This document shows, in pieces, positions 30,788 through 41,069 of a stretch of 64,000 nt of DNA. Made by a program: the position numbers and the translations under genes. Numbering within the stretch: position 1 is the stretch's first letter; the number at the start of each line of letters is the position of its first letter. Source of the DNA: an uncultured Thermoprotei archaeon (GTDB lineage Archaea > Thermoproteota > Thermoprotei > Thermofilales > B15-G2); NCBI GenBank assembly GCA_965367815.1, contig CBDUKN010000006.1:54201-118200 (forward strand). Direction: 5' to 3'. Below the pieces are notes generated by a model. The model saw nothing but the letters and a program-made list of their open reading frames with translations, was not told the DNA's origin and searched no databases.

Positions 30788-31822
30788 CTACTTAGGTTTG
30801 AACTTCATTTCAATATACTCTAGAGTCAAGTAGCTTGGTGCACAGAGATTACCTAGAGCTGTTCCATAGTACTTTGTTTCCTCTATGCCGAAAACTATGT
30901 GTAAATTGGAGTAGTCTCCAAGCTTTACTCGAGGTTCTTCTAGAAGCTCTACGTCGACCCAGCCCCATGGAGGCAAATATACTTGGCTCCACATATGGCC
31001 TCCCCAGTGTCTTAAGAGTTTTTCTCCTTCATACCAGGCAGTAGACATATTGATCCATAATTTGGACTCGTGTTTGCTGAGAAGCATTCCGAAAACTGTG
31101 CGCGCAGGTATGCCGAGTATTCTCATAAGCGTTACATAGACATCGGCTACTTCAGTACAGTCTCCTCTAATGATATAGCCTAGAGATGTCTTGACTAAAG
31201 CTCCGTCTGAGCCTACACGTGTCATGAGAATTGTATATGATATGTGGCTTTGAACCCATTTAGCCACATTTATGGCTATTTCAAGCGGCGTAGACCCCTT
31301 TCTCAGTTTATACGCTAGATCTACTACATCTTCTCTTTCAGTATTCCATAGTCTTGTTTTAACAGTATATTTTGCGACCATAGAGTAGCTAGGCCACTTG
31401 CTTTCATTGACATTAAAGAATATCTTGTAGCCAGAGACTTTCACTAAGTAAGTGGCATTAATCCACACTTTTTCGCCAGGCTCTGCTTTAACAACAACTA
31501 CTGCAAAAGTATTTCCGTCTTCATCTCTCTCAATTTTAGTGGGCTTAGGTATCATTGAGAATAGATATGCTTTCTGGTAAGTAGTATTACGGGGTAGTGT
31601 TACATAAACATAGTCCTTGATAGGTATTTTATATGTGTTTACTACAAGATATTTTGCTTTAACAACATATGTTATATTGTAAAATACTATTGATGATTTT
31701 TCGAAGGACGGAATAGTTTCTTCTTTAATTTGAATTCTGTTCTCAATTTCGACTGAAATATAGTACAAGAAAATTCCTATAATAATAACCATTAAACCTA
31801 CAGCTACTTCTATCTTCTCCAC
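30788..31822 (-). CDS. Membrane-anchored transglutaminase-like protein
   Basis: GDCTE..LMRILGIPAR..HMWSQVYLPPWGWVDVE; Cys and His present, E at the usual Asp position. Confidence 0.88.
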   Translation of the reverse strand: MEKIEVAVGLMVIIIGIFLYYISVEIENRIQIKEETIPSFEKSSIVFYNITYVVKAKYLVVNTYKIPIKDYVYVTLPRNTTYQKAYLFSMIPKPTKIERDEDGNTFAVVVVKAEPGEKVWINATYLVKVSGYKIFFNVNESKWPSYSMVAKYTVKTRLWNTEREDVVDLAYKLRKGSTPLEIAINVAKWVQSHISYTILMTRVGSDGALVKTSLGYIIRGDCTEVADVYVTLMRILGIPARTVFGMLLSKHESKLWINMSTAWYEGEKLLRHWGGHMWSQVYLPPWGWVDVELLEEPRVKLGDYSNLHIVFGIEETKYYGTALGNLCAPSYLTLEYIEMKFKPK

Positions 31823-31887
31823 AGTTTAAATAACTTAGAGATCATTAATAAAAGCTTGGCGAACAATAAACACTCAATTATAGCTGA

Positions 31888-33123
31888 CTATTTGCCTCTA
31901 ACTGCTTTTCCCTCTTCTGCCCTTCTAGCTATTTTAGCCGCTATATTGATTAAGTCTTGTGCTGTAAGCTGCTCGTCACCTATCTCTGGTACTTCTCCCG
32001 TTAAGCTTATTAGCCCGGATCTAGGAATTCCCAGTTTCTTCATGTTTTCCATAGCTCTGCGCGCTTCACTTGAAGTAATTGAGCCTATTTTCACTTCGTA
32101 GCCTATAATGGGAGTATTTCCGCTCAGCAGTATTATATCTACATCTTCGCCTCCTGGTAGTACTACATAGGCTCTCGTGAGATTCTTATACTGCGCTAGC
32201 AGCTCTCCTATAAAGAACTGGACTTCTAGTCCGAGCTTTCCTACTATAGTTTCACGCGAAGGATAAAGTCCTAACTCACTGTACTTTTCGTCAAGATAAA
32301 GTAGAATTGATAGAAGACTTGATCTATGTTTATAAAATGCTCTTGCTCCACGTGTTCGCCATAAACGAACTTTCTCTACGAGACCCATGTCGACTAACTG
32401 ATTAAGAATTCCTGTAACGACTCCGGCTTCCGGTCTTTGAATAAGTTTAGCTTCATAGAGTTTTTGCGCCAAGTCTCGAGAAGACCAGTATCCAAGTGCA
32501 AGAAATCTCAAAACAGCGTCATAAAGCCTTGTAAGTTTCCTCTCCTCTTCCTCAAAAATTTCGCCTACAAGACCAGTAGCTGAACTGGCTAGAAGCCTAT
32601 AATTCGACTTCAATTTATCTACAATTTCTCCCCCTACTTTCATAACTCCGAGAATCCAGGGATCACGAGCTATGCAAGCCCAGAGTATAGCGTTCTTATA
32701 GTCAAATATTTTTGCGAACGCGAGAATAGAGTCTGCTGGAGAGACTAAGTCTACTTTAAATGGCACAAAAAGACCTAGTAGAGGACTTTTCTCGCTAAAA
32801 ACTTTTCTAGTAACAGATAAACTAGACCCACATAGAACTAGTCTTCCATGAACATCAAGTTTCTTAAGAGCTATAAAGCCCCATAAATGTTCAGGAAGCC
32901 TCTGAAACTCATCTACTATACCTAGACCCCCGCCTGAAATAACCTCAAATACTCTCTTCAAAGCGCTTTCATAATTCTGCACCTCAATACCTTTTCCCCT
33001 TTCTTCAACAAAGCACATCCCTGTCCGAGAAACAAGAATATAAATGTTCCAGTCTAAGTACTTCCTTAACATAAATGTCTTACCAGTTTTACGCCTTCCG
33101 TAAACAAGAGTCCACGCATCCAT
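31888..33123 (-). CDS. Archaeal AAA ATPase with wHTH and C-terminal PD-(D/E)xK domain (DUF234-like)
   Basis: YGRRKTGKT, IVDEFQRL, LCGSS, EDVDII..YEVK; the frame stays open a short way upstream. Confidence 0.88.
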   Translation of the reverse strand: MDAWTLVYGRRKTGKTFMLRKYLDWNIYILVSRTGMCFVEERGKGIEVQNYESALKRVFEVISGGGLGIVDEFQRLPEHLWGFIALKKLDVHGRLVLCGSSLSVTRKVFSEKSPLLGLFVPFKVDLVSPADSILAFAKIFDYKNAILWACIARDPWILGVMKVGGEIVDKLKSNYRLLASSATGLVGEIFEEEERKLTRLYDAVLRFLALGYWSSRDLAQKLYEAKLIQRPEAGVVTGILNQLVDMGLVEKVRLWRTRGARAFYKHRSSLLSILLYLDEKYSELGLYPSRETIVGKLGLEVQFFIGELLAQYKNLTRAYVVLPGGEDVDIILLSGNTPIIGYEVKIGSITSSEARRAMENMKKLGIPRSGLISLTGEVPEIGDEQLTAQDLINIAAKIARRAEEGKAVRGK

Positions 33124-33164
33124 TTCCTTGAGTTTACTACATTCCCATCTATCTATTATAATCT

Positions 33165-33207
33165 GAATATTCTCACTAGAATATTCGCGCCAGAATATTA
33201 TATAAAG
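33165..33207. promoter_or_regulatory. Triple palindromic operator next to the TATA box of the ATPase gene
   Basis: GAATATTC 33165, GAATATTC 33179, GAATATTA 33193 (14-bp period); minus-strand CTTTATATAA immediately upstream. Confidence 0.55.
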
Positions 33208-33398
33208 CTAGCTTACCTACTTCAATGACCGCTGATATTCCTAGCTAATTTAATATTGAAGTAAAATTTCATTTAAGTGCTCTTAAAATTACTTATATAT
33301 CAATTTTTCACAACTAAAGTAAATAGTTTAAATATTGGTCATTATATAGCTTCAATTAAATATTACAATATTTTAAAATAAATATTTAAATATTCGGC

Positions 33399-34631
33399 CT
33401 ACTTTAGCTTAGAGAAATATTTTGTTTTCATTTCAATGAATTTTTCTGAAGCCTTTTCTCCATAATCTTCTATAAGTTTTTTAGCGAAGTTCTTGAAGTC
33501 TTCTAGGAAAACTGTTTTTCTTCCCTGCATTTCAGAGTAGTAGGCTGAGTCAATAATTGCCATTACTTCAGCTGCATATTCTTCATTTAGTATCGACTTT
33601 GTTCCTGTTAGAATGCATTTGCACATATATCTTATTTCGCTCAAGATGGGAGATTTTGCTCCCGCAACCTCTATTAGCCTCGATGAACCAGAGTACTCTC
33701 GAAACTCTAAGTAGACTTTATCGTCTTTTCTAACATCTCTCAAGACTCCTTTTGTACCAAAAACCATTATTGACTCAAACTCTTTTCCACTCCACGCTCC
33801 CTCTATGAGAGCTGTTGTCTGCGAGAAGTCTTCAGGGTCTTCAAATCTTATAATGACATGAGCATCGTCCTCGACTTTTATTCTAGTGTAGTAGTCGTCT
33901 ATAAAGCGGTACTTTGAACGAATAGTTATGCCAGTAAATTTTTCTGCCTTAACTGCTACTGGCTCTTTATTTAAGCCCGCTAAGTACCATGCTATTCCTA
34001 TTGCGTGAACACCCATATCGAGGAGGGAACCTCCTCCGCCGACTTCGGAATCCCAGAACCAGGCTTTTCCCTCAGGTCCTAAGTGCGAGCACGGAACAAT
34101 GAGATACTCTATTTCGCCTAATAGCCCTGTCTCTAGAGTTTTTCTCATTAAATACACTACTGGTGCAAAAATATAGTTCTCGTTTACTTGGAAAAACTTG
34201 CCTGACTCTTTAACTGCTTCAACTATTTTCAGGGCCTCAATATAGGTTCTAGCAGGAGGTTTTTCTACCATAGCGTTTACTCCAGCTTTAAGGGCATCAA
34301 CAGCTATAGGCGCATGGTACTTGTGAGGCGTACATATGTCAGCTAAATCTAAGTCTTCTTTATTCAACATTTCTTTGTAGTCTCGGTATACTTTAATCTC
34401 GGAAACTATTTGCGACAATCGGTCGGCTTCGTCGTCGAGCCCTGTTTCTTTTAGATGCTGAATTTCCTTTGAAAAGACTTCTTTTACTCTCTTTAAAGCA
34501 AACTTAAGGGATTTTTCCGCAGGATCTGCTAAAGCTACTAGTCTAGCTTCCTTTATTTTAGGATATGCTGGAAGATGTCCCCATGTAAAAATTCCTCCAA
34601 CGCCTATCGCACCTACTCTGACTTCTTTCAT
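33399..34631 (-). CDS. Gfo/Idh/MocA oxidoreductase
   Basis: GAIGVGGI, ICTPHKYH, VEKPPA, GGGSLLDMGVH. Confidence 0.92.
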   Translation of the reverse strand: MKEVRVGAIGVGGIFTWGHLPAYPKIKEARLVALADPAEKSLKFALKRVKEVFSKEIQHLKETGLDDEADRLSQIVSEIKVYRDYKEMLNKEDLDLADICTPHKYHAPIAVDALKAGVNAMVEKPPARTYIEALKIVEAVKESGKFFQVNENYIFAPVVYLMRKTLETGLLGEIEYLIVPCSHLGPEGKAWFWDSEVGGGGSLLDMGVHAIGIAWYLAGLNKEPVAVKAEKFTGITIRSKYRFIDDYYTRIKVEDDAHVIIRFEDPEDFSQTTALIEGAWSGKEFESIMVFGTKGVLRDVRKDDKVYLEFREYSGSSRLIEVAGAKSPILSEIRYMCKCILTGTKSILNEEYAAEVMAIIDSAYYSEMQGRKTVFLEDFKNFAKKLIEDYGEKASEKFIEMKTKYFSKLK

Positions 34632-34676
34632 TGCTTACCGAAAGCCTTTCACTTAGTTAAAATAAATGATTTTTGC

Positions 34677-35699
34677 TCACCACTTGACTCCATATTTTTC
34701 AACTACTTCTTCTATTCTTTTAACGTCATAGTCTGTCAGCTTAATTTCCAGTGCGCCGAGGTTTTCTTCTAAATGCTCTAGCTTTGATACACTTACTATG
34801 GGGACTATGGTTACGCCTAACTCTTTCTGTTTATGCAGAACCCATGCTATAGCTAGCTGAGCTATAGTAGCGTCTTTTTCCTTAGCTATTTCCTTAAGCT
34901 CTTTGAGCATCTCGTAGTACCGCTTTAAACTAATGATGCTTTTAAGCTTCTTAGAAATAGTTGCTCTCGAGAGCTCAGGTATTCCCTTCAAGTATTTCTC
35001 TGTAAGAAGTCCTTGAGCTAGCGGAGAATAAGCCATAATTGCTAAGCTGTATCTCCTAGCTATAGGTATCTTCGTTTTCTCGATTTCTCTATTCAGGAGA
35101 CTATAGGGCTCCTGTATTGTAATATAGCTGTGAAGCCTATACTCTCTAGCTAACTCCATTGCTTCAATAATTTTTTCTGGCGGATGATTTGAGGAACCTA
35201 TGTAGTGGACCTTACCCTGGCGCACTAGGTCGTCAAAAGCCATCAGTGTTTCGAGGAGAGGGGTATTTGGATCATAGATATGCGCTAAATATACGTCAAC
35301 GTAGTCCATTTGCAGCCTCTTTAAGCTCTCTTTAACCTGCCACATAATATGCTTGCGCGAAAGCCCTTCAGCATTAGGCCAGGGAGCCATACGTCCTCCA
35401 ACTTTAGTTACTATAACAAAGCTCTCTCTATCGTATTCTTTAAGCACTTCACCGAGCACACACTCAGCATTGCCTACATGCGTGAGAGGCACAGGTGATA
35501 CAGCTCCATGATACCTGTTGGCAGTATCAATGAAGTTTATTCCGTGGTCAAAGGCATATTTAATGATCCTTCTTACTTCATTTACATCTACTTTATGCAC
35601 GCCATACTCGTCTACTTCCTTTGATCTAGGTAAGAACCATGAGCCCATACAGAGCTTCGATACTAGCAGTCCGCTTGAACCAAATCTGACATACTCCAT
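34677..35699 (-). CDS. Aldo/keto reductase
   Basis: GINFIDTANRY, SLKRLQMDYVDVY, YSPLAQGLL. Confidence 0.93.
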   Translation of the reverse strand: MEYVRFGSSGLLVSKLCMGSWFLPRSKEVDEYGVHKVDVNEVRRIIKYAFDHGINFIDTANRYHGAVSPVPLTHVGNAECVLGEVLKEYDRESFVIVTKVGGRMAPWPNAEGLSRKHIMWQVKESLKRLQMDYVDVYLAHIYDPNTPLLETLMAFDDLVRQGKVHYIGSSNHPPEKIIEAMELAREYRLHSYITIQEPYSLLNREIEKTKIPIARRYSLAIMAYSPLAQGLLTEKYLKGIPELSRATISKKLKSIISLKRYYEMLKELKEIAKEKDATIAQLAIAWVLHKQKELGVTIVPIVSVSKLEHLEENLGALEIKLTDYDVKRIEEVVEKYGVKW

Positions 35700-35772
35700 G
35701 TTATCCCCTAAATTAGGTTCGCTGCAAATAAAATAGTTAGCGCTGGATCTAAGAAAAGCTGAGCCTTTGCTG

Positions 35773-35973
35773 CTACTTAGCTAAAAGAAGGTATTTTGAA
35801 TAATTCCAGTAGCTACAGGGCTTGTTGACTGTCCTTGAAACTCTTTCAACAGACTCTCTTCCCTTTAATATAGTTTCATAGTAGGCGAGAACAGCTGCTA
35901 TTACTACAGCCTTTTCTTCTTCAGATAAATTGTCAGCGCCCATTATTTTAACTTTAATACCCATATTCTGCAT
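35773..35973 (-). CDS. Small acyl-CoA carboxylase/decarboxylase accessory subunit-like protein
   Basis: EEEKAVVIAAVLAY...SYW pattern typical of epsilon/delta subunits. Confidence 0.45.
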   Translation of the reverse strand: MQNMGIKVKIMGADNLSEEEKAVVIAAVLAYYETILKGRESVERVSRTVNKPCSYWNYSKYLLLAK

Positions 35974-36056
35974 ATGTCGTCTATTTTTTGCACAATTGTC
36001 GAATTAAAAGATTATGCTCCGGCAGGGCTAAATACTAGCTTAATACTGAATAATTA

Positions 36057-36104
36057 GTGATGAACGAGGGCGAGCCTGAAAAATGATGAATTTCTCCCAA
36101 CTGA
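36057..36104 (+). ncRNA. Box C/D guide sRNA
   Basis: GTGATGA-acgagggcgagc-CTGA-aaa-ATGATGA-atttctcccaa-CTGA; all four boxes match consensus. Confidence 0.88.
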
Positions 36105-36157
36105 GACTTCTCGAGAAAACATTATAAAGCGCTTTCTCAAGACTATAAGGAGACAGT

Positions 36158-37843
36158 ATGCACTTAGAGCTACAGAGTGAGCTAGGATCTCTACTACACT
36201 TAATACTCACCGCTGCATTAGCAGTAATTTACGCTAAGAACAGATCTATTGTTATTTTACCAGCTCTCATGCTTGCTTCGCTTATAGGCGTAATGGTTGG
36301 TCTAGAAGTCCACCCATTCATAATAGGTATATCGAATTTTGCTGCCGCTCTAATCGTATTTATTGCTGGACTTGAACTAGACCCCTGCTTTATTAGAGTA
36401 AACAAGGAGAGAGCCTTGTTTATATTCGTATTTGAAGCTGTTCAAATCCTCACATTCTACTACATTTTAATAAACTTCTTTCCAATAGAAATAGCTACTG
36501 CTCTTACAGCCATAATGGTCGCATCTAATGAAGCTTTTGCTCTAGAGCTGAAGAAATATAAGGGCGGACATCTAGCTCAGTTCGGTATTACGCTTTCTGT
36601 TCTCGAAGACGCACTAGCAGTATTTCTTCTCTCAATAGGATTTTTCACTTCTCCTAAAACACTTCACTTAGGAGTTCTTGAAACAATCATTGTAACAAGT
36701 CTCTTCTTGATACCTCTCATATACTTTGTTTCAGGGCTATATGTCAAGATACTCAATAGTCTTGAAAGAAAAGATACGAAAATACTCCTAGCTATACTTT
36801 ACTTAGTTATACTGATGGCCATAGCCGAAGCACTAGGTATACCGGAGGCGATACCTGTATTCATAGGAGCCGTTTCGCTGTCTTTCCACGGCTTTGATAG
36901 AGAAACATTCAATGCTATAGAAAGCTACTTTGTTCTAGCTCTAACAGGCTTCGTTTCATCGCTTCCATACACTGTTTACAAGGCGACTGAAGCTGAACTT
37001 ACACTAGACCTCTTTATTCAGGCAACGCTGCTGGGAGCTATGCTGGCCGTAGTCGCCTACGTAGTTAGGCTAGCCATAGTCTTTACTGCCTCCATAATGG
37101 GGGGACTAAACGTAGATGACGCTTTTTCGCTGGCAGCCGCTTTAGCCAATACAGGTGAATTCGGGCTAATTGTTCTCTCTACTCTCGTAGTGACAACAGG
37201 ACTTGTTACAAGCAATATAGCTTACGCCGCGCTATTCGCTTACGCCTTTAACTTAACTCTAGTCTCCGAAGCTGTTAAAAGACTTTCAGGTATAAGACGT
37301 AGAGTACTAGAACTCATGAAACCTAAACTCTACGACTTCTTAGTAAAAGTAAGTGAAGAAGCCAATACTGTTGTAGAGACCTTAGCTAAAGATATTCAGC
37401 TTAAAGAAAGTATTCTCGAAATCACTATAACAGTCTTCATAGTCTACTTAGTTACAGGACTCTCTGGAATATATCCAAATCCCGTATCGGACTACATTTT
37501 CATGCTCTTTCTTCTATCAGCATTCATTGCCTCAACTCAAGAAGTTTTCCAAATACTAAGCTCTGCTCTCAGCAGAATAGGCTCTTCTAGAACATTTTTC
37601 GCATTCTTCTTTAGACTAATGGTACTCTACATAGTAGTAGCACCTCTCCTACACTCAATGAAATACTTTTACAGCAGAGGCAGGTTTCTCCAGCTAATTC
37701 ACCCAATAGACTCTCCTCTAAGTCTACTCATAATAATAGTGCTCACTATTGCAATAAAGAACTTAGCCGAGAAAACAGCTAAATTTACATTAGGTCACTC
37801 AGTATCTGAGCCAGAAAACGTATCTGAGAAAAAACAAGACTAA
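36158..37843 (+). CDS. Cation:proton antiporter (CPA2/Kef-like)
   Basis: FIAGLELD, SVLEDALAV, ANTGEFGLIV; extra C-terminal TM domain. Confidence 0.8.
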   Translation: MHLELQSELGSLLHLILTAALAVIYAKNRSIVILPALMLASLIGVMVGLEVHPFIIGISNFAAALIVFIAGLELDPCFIRVNKERALFIFVFEAVQILTFYYILINFFPIEIATALTAIMVASNEAFALELKKYKGGHLAQFGITLSVLEDALAVFLLSIGFFTSPKTLHLGVLETIIVTSLFLIPLIYFVSGLYVKILNSLERKDTKILLAILYLVILMAIAEALGIPEAIPVFIGAVSLSFHGFDRETFNAIESYFVLALTGFVSSLPYTVYKATEAELTLDLFIQATLLGAMLAVVAYVVRLAIVFTASIMGGLNVDDAFSLAAALANTGEFGLIVLSTLVVTTGLVTSNIAYAALFAYAFNLTLVSEAVKRLSGIRRRVLELMKPKLYDFLVKVSEEANTVVETLAKDIQLKESILEITITVFIVYLVTGLSGIYPNPVSDYIFMLFLLSAFIASTQEVFQILSSALSRIGSSRTFFAFFFRLMVLYIVVAPLLHSMKYFYSRGRFLQLIHPIDSPLSLLIIIVLTIAIKNLAEKTAKFTLGHSVSEPENVSEKKQD

Positions 37844-37861
37844 AGTTTTATACGTCTTTAG

Positions 37862-38470
37862 ATGAAATATTTTAAAGAAAGTATGGAAGACAGAGTACGG
37901 CCAGTACACGCGCTATGTTTTTTCACAGTTAGCTTACTTGGCAATATAAATCAGCTGATAGTTTTCGACTACTATGACCCAGATAAGTACTACGCTAGCT
38001 TAATTGAGAGAGAGCTTATAGACGAAGAATTAGAGGCAATAGCATCTAAAATGCAAGACTACCTTGACGAAGAAAAAGTGTTAATTAACGGTAAAAGAGT
38101 ATATCCTGAGCTAAGGTACATAGACTTAGCTTTTCGAGGAAGTCTTAAAAGACCATCACTTTACTTTATTATTCACTTTAAAGGAGACTTTAAGACGGGA
38201 ATAAATGTATACGAAGACTATTACGACAGAGAGATAGCTGAGTACGACTACGAGTTTTACTGGATTTTCCCTCCAGGCGTAGTAATTAAAGACATCATTG
38301 TAGACGGTATTTACAGCAGAATTGGAGACAATATCTTAGCTGTTTATGTAGATAAAGGAACAGAGATCAGTGGATTCGAGAAAATAGTCTTCGAGATACC
38401 CGACTACCTAGCCGAGCACATAAGAAAAACTACTAACAAATTTGAAGTGAAAACATTTAGCAATAATTAA
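37862..38470 (+). CDS. Conserved hypothetical protein
   Basis: 202-aa acidic, Tyr-rich ORF downstream of the antiporter. Confidence 0.65.
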   Translation: MKYFKESMEDRVRPVHALCFFTVSLLGNINQLIVFDYYDPDKYYASLIERELIDEELEAIASKMQDYLDEEKVLINGKRVYPELRYIDLAFRGSLKRPSLYFIIHFKGDFKTGINVYEDYYDREIAEYDYEFYWIFPPGVVIKDIIVDGIYSRIGDNILAVYVDKGTEISGFEKIVFEIPDYLAEHIRKTTNKFEVKTFSNN

Positions 38471-39864
38471 GGTATTAGACCGAAAGTTCTCGCGTAAAGT
38501 ACACCTAAAGCGAGTATAAGTGGAGCTACACTAAAAAGTGGACCGTACTTCATCCAGTCTTTAAGCGTAATTTTACCAGCTCCTCTTGACTCAAGAATAC
38601 TCACCGCCGTTATATTCGCTGTACTTGCTACTATCGTGAAATTCCCGAAGTATGTCGCCGCGAAGAGCATACTCCACCAAAGCGGAAAAACATTTACCCC
38701 CATAGCCTCCAAATTCCTTATCACCGGTATAAAGAAAGCTACCGCTAAGACATTGTCTAAAACACTGCTTAAAAGACCTACAATAATGGCTACTAAGAAG
38801 ACTAGCTGAGCAACATTACCTCCCATAATTTCTTTGAGCGCAGAAGCCATTATTTCAGTCACTCCTACTTGCTCTAAGGAACCTATCGAAGCAAAAAGGA
38901 ACATGAAAAAGAGAAGAAGAGGCCAGTCTACGCCACTTTCAAGAAAATCTCGTAGTCTGCTTCTCTCGAGAAATAGAGCCATTATAGCGCCTCCCAGAGC
39001 AGCTACAATAAGCATAGAGCCCTTCTTTAAGTGAAGAATATGTTCTAGAGTATCGTGAATAATAAGTGGAGTAAGCACAGCTATTAGCAGAAGCCATGCC
39101 TTGACAAGCTCTCTTCTAGGAATCCTATCCACTCGCATTGACTTCAAGTCTAGCGACGACAGACTCTTGTTTAAGGACTCAATATCTCTTGAGAATATTT
39201 TGAAAGAAAGAGCTGTTATCAGTAAAACAGCTGTAAGTGTAGAAGGAGTAGCCCAGTTCAAGAAATCGTGGAAAGAAAGCCCTACTTCAAGCGCTATCAA
39301 CACGCCTACCGGATTGCCTACTACAGTGGCGCTACTACCTATGTTTGCCGCAAACGATATCATGTAGATAAACGGCACAGGATTTACTCTACAGAAAAGA
39401 GATATTCTTAAAACCATGGGTACGAGAAAGAGTATAGCTGTAACTATACCTACGAGAGAAGCTGAGAACGCGGAAACTACTATAAGTAGCGCTACTAGGA
39501 GAAAAGCATTAGACCCTGTTTTTTCAACCAGACTCGCTATAGTATACTCGAAGAAACCTTTTTCTTCAAGATAGTTCACAACAATCATCATGCCTATCAA
39601 GAAAACAATCACATCTAAGTGAGTCGACTCAACAAAGTGCTCGATATCCATTACTCCAGTCAAAAAGAGAAGGAATATCCCGAGAATAGCGAAAAGGACT
39701 TTGTATTCCCAGAAAGCCATAATACTGGCTGTTTGAAAAGTAATGATAGTTACAGCTATAGTCTGCTTTAGATTCAGCCCCCCTACCACAGATAAAACAA
39801 TAGCGGCCGCCGTAAGCCCTAATACAGCCAGTACTCCGCGCTCACTCCCCATACTCATCACCAC
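38467..39864 (-). CDS. ArsB/NhaD/CitMHS (ion transporter superfamily) permease
   Basis: FLIGMMI, AANIGSSATVVGNP, VDWPLLLFF, SSVLDNV, GNFTIVASTAN. Confidence 0.9.
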   Translation of the reverse strand: MVMSMGSERGVLAVLGLTAAAIVLSVVGGLNLKQTIAVTIITFQTASIMAFWEYKVLFAILGIFLLFLTGVMDIEHFVESTHLDVIVFLIGMMIVVNYLEEKGFFEYTIASLVEKTGSNAFLLVALLIVVSAFSASLVGIVTAILFLVPMVLRISLFCRVNPVPFIYMISFAANIGSSATVVGNPVGVLIALEVGLSFHDFLNWATPSTLTAVLLITALSFKIFSRDIESLNKSLSSLDLKSMRVDRIPRRELVKAWLLLIAVLTPLIIHDTLEHILHLKKGSMLIVAALGGAIMALFLERSRLRDFLESGVDWPLLLFFMFLFASIGSLEQVGVTEIMASALKEIMGGNVAQLVFLVAIIVGLLSSVLDNVLAVAFFIPVIRNLEAMGVNVFPLWWSMLFAATYFGNFTIVASTANITAVSILESRGAGKITLKDWMKYGPLFSVAPLILALGVLYARTFGLIP

Positions 39865-39988
39865 TCAGGCAGGATTCTGAAGCTAACCTAGCTTAAAGTA
39901 CTTGCGCTTTTAATAAGTTTTTCCTTGAAGAATCAAAACGCATGAAATAACATAAATATCTTTATAAATCTCAATAGGCTTTCTTAGG

Positions 39989-41029
39989 ATGATGGCTGTG
40001 AACACCCTAGAAGAGTTATTAAAAATGCTCATAGAAAATATACTAGCACTATTACCGCAGATAGCTAAAACACTGCTAATTTTAGTCATAGGATGGATTA
40101 TAGGCAAGTGCATTTACATAGCAGTTAAAAAATTTATAGAAAAAATAGGAGTAGACTCAACATTTAAAGACAGTATTCTAGGCAGAGCTCTAGCGAGATT
40201 CGGTATGACCATAAGCTCTTTTGTAGCCTCTAGCATAAAGTGGTTCATATACACTCTAGCGCTAATGTCAGCTATAGACATCTGGGGAATTCCCGTACTT
40301 TCACACTTCACTCAAATAGCAGTAGAATACTTACCGAACTTCATCGGAGGAATACTAATACTTGTAGCAGGCATGATTATATCTGAAATACTAGTCCAAA
40401 TAATCGACGAATCTCTATCAACAATAAAAGTCCCCTACATAAAGTTAGCTTCTCTCTTCAGCAGAATACTCTTATACGCAATAGTAGTAGTCACAGCTCT
40501 CCTCGTAATGAAAATAGATGTATCTATACTTTATGCACTCCTCAACGCTCTCTTCTGGGGCATCGCTCTCGGAATAGGCGTGGCAATAGGCATAGCCTTT
40601 GGATTAGGACTAAAAGATGAAGTGGCTCGCTCAGCTAGAAGATGGTTCCAGCTAGCTGGAGCAACTGAAGAAAAGGTCGCCGAAAAAGAGTACGAGAAGA
40701 AAATAAAAGAATACAAAAAGAAAATAGAGAATTTAGAAAAAGAACTTGCTAAAGAAAAAGAAACAGTAAAGGAGCTCAAAGAAAAAAAGGAAGAGAAAAT
40801 AAAAGAATACGAGCGCATGGAAATGGATCTAAACGGAAAACTCAAATCGCTTATAAAGGATTCAGGAAAAATACTTTGCGCTCACGGAGGATACTCTATT
40901 GAAGTATCTGAACCCGGAGTCTTCCCGTGGATAGAAGTACTCGTGACACTAGTAGCCAACGGCTACAAAGTATCCTTAGAGAAAAGAGATCAAAAATACA
41001 TTATTGAGGCTACACTTAAAAGAAAGTAA
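39989..41029 (+). CDS. MscS-related TM-helix repeat protein with coiled-coil C-terminal extension
   Basis: LPQIAK..IGW, YLPNFIGG, GVAIGIAFGLGLKD; K/E-rich coiled coil. Confidence 0.8.
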   Translation: MMAVNTLEELLKMLIENILALLPQIAKTLLILVIGWIIGKCIYIAVKKFIEKIGVDSTFKDSILGRALARFGMTISSFVASSIKWFIYTLALMSAIDIWGIPVLSHFTQIAVEYLPNFIGGILILVAGMIISEILVQIIDESLSTIKVPYIKLASLFSRILLYAIVVVTALLVMKIDVSILYALLNALFWGIALGIGVAIGIAFGLGLKDEVARSARRWFQLAGATEEKVAEKEYEKKIKEYKKKIENLEKELAKEKETVKELKEKKEEKIKEYERMEMDLNGKLKSLIKDSGKILCAHGGYSIEVSEPGVFPWIEVLVTLVANGYKVSLEKRDQKYIIEATLKRK

Positions 41030-41069
41030 AGCAGATTATTTAAGAGAACCAATAGAATTTTAAATAGAC

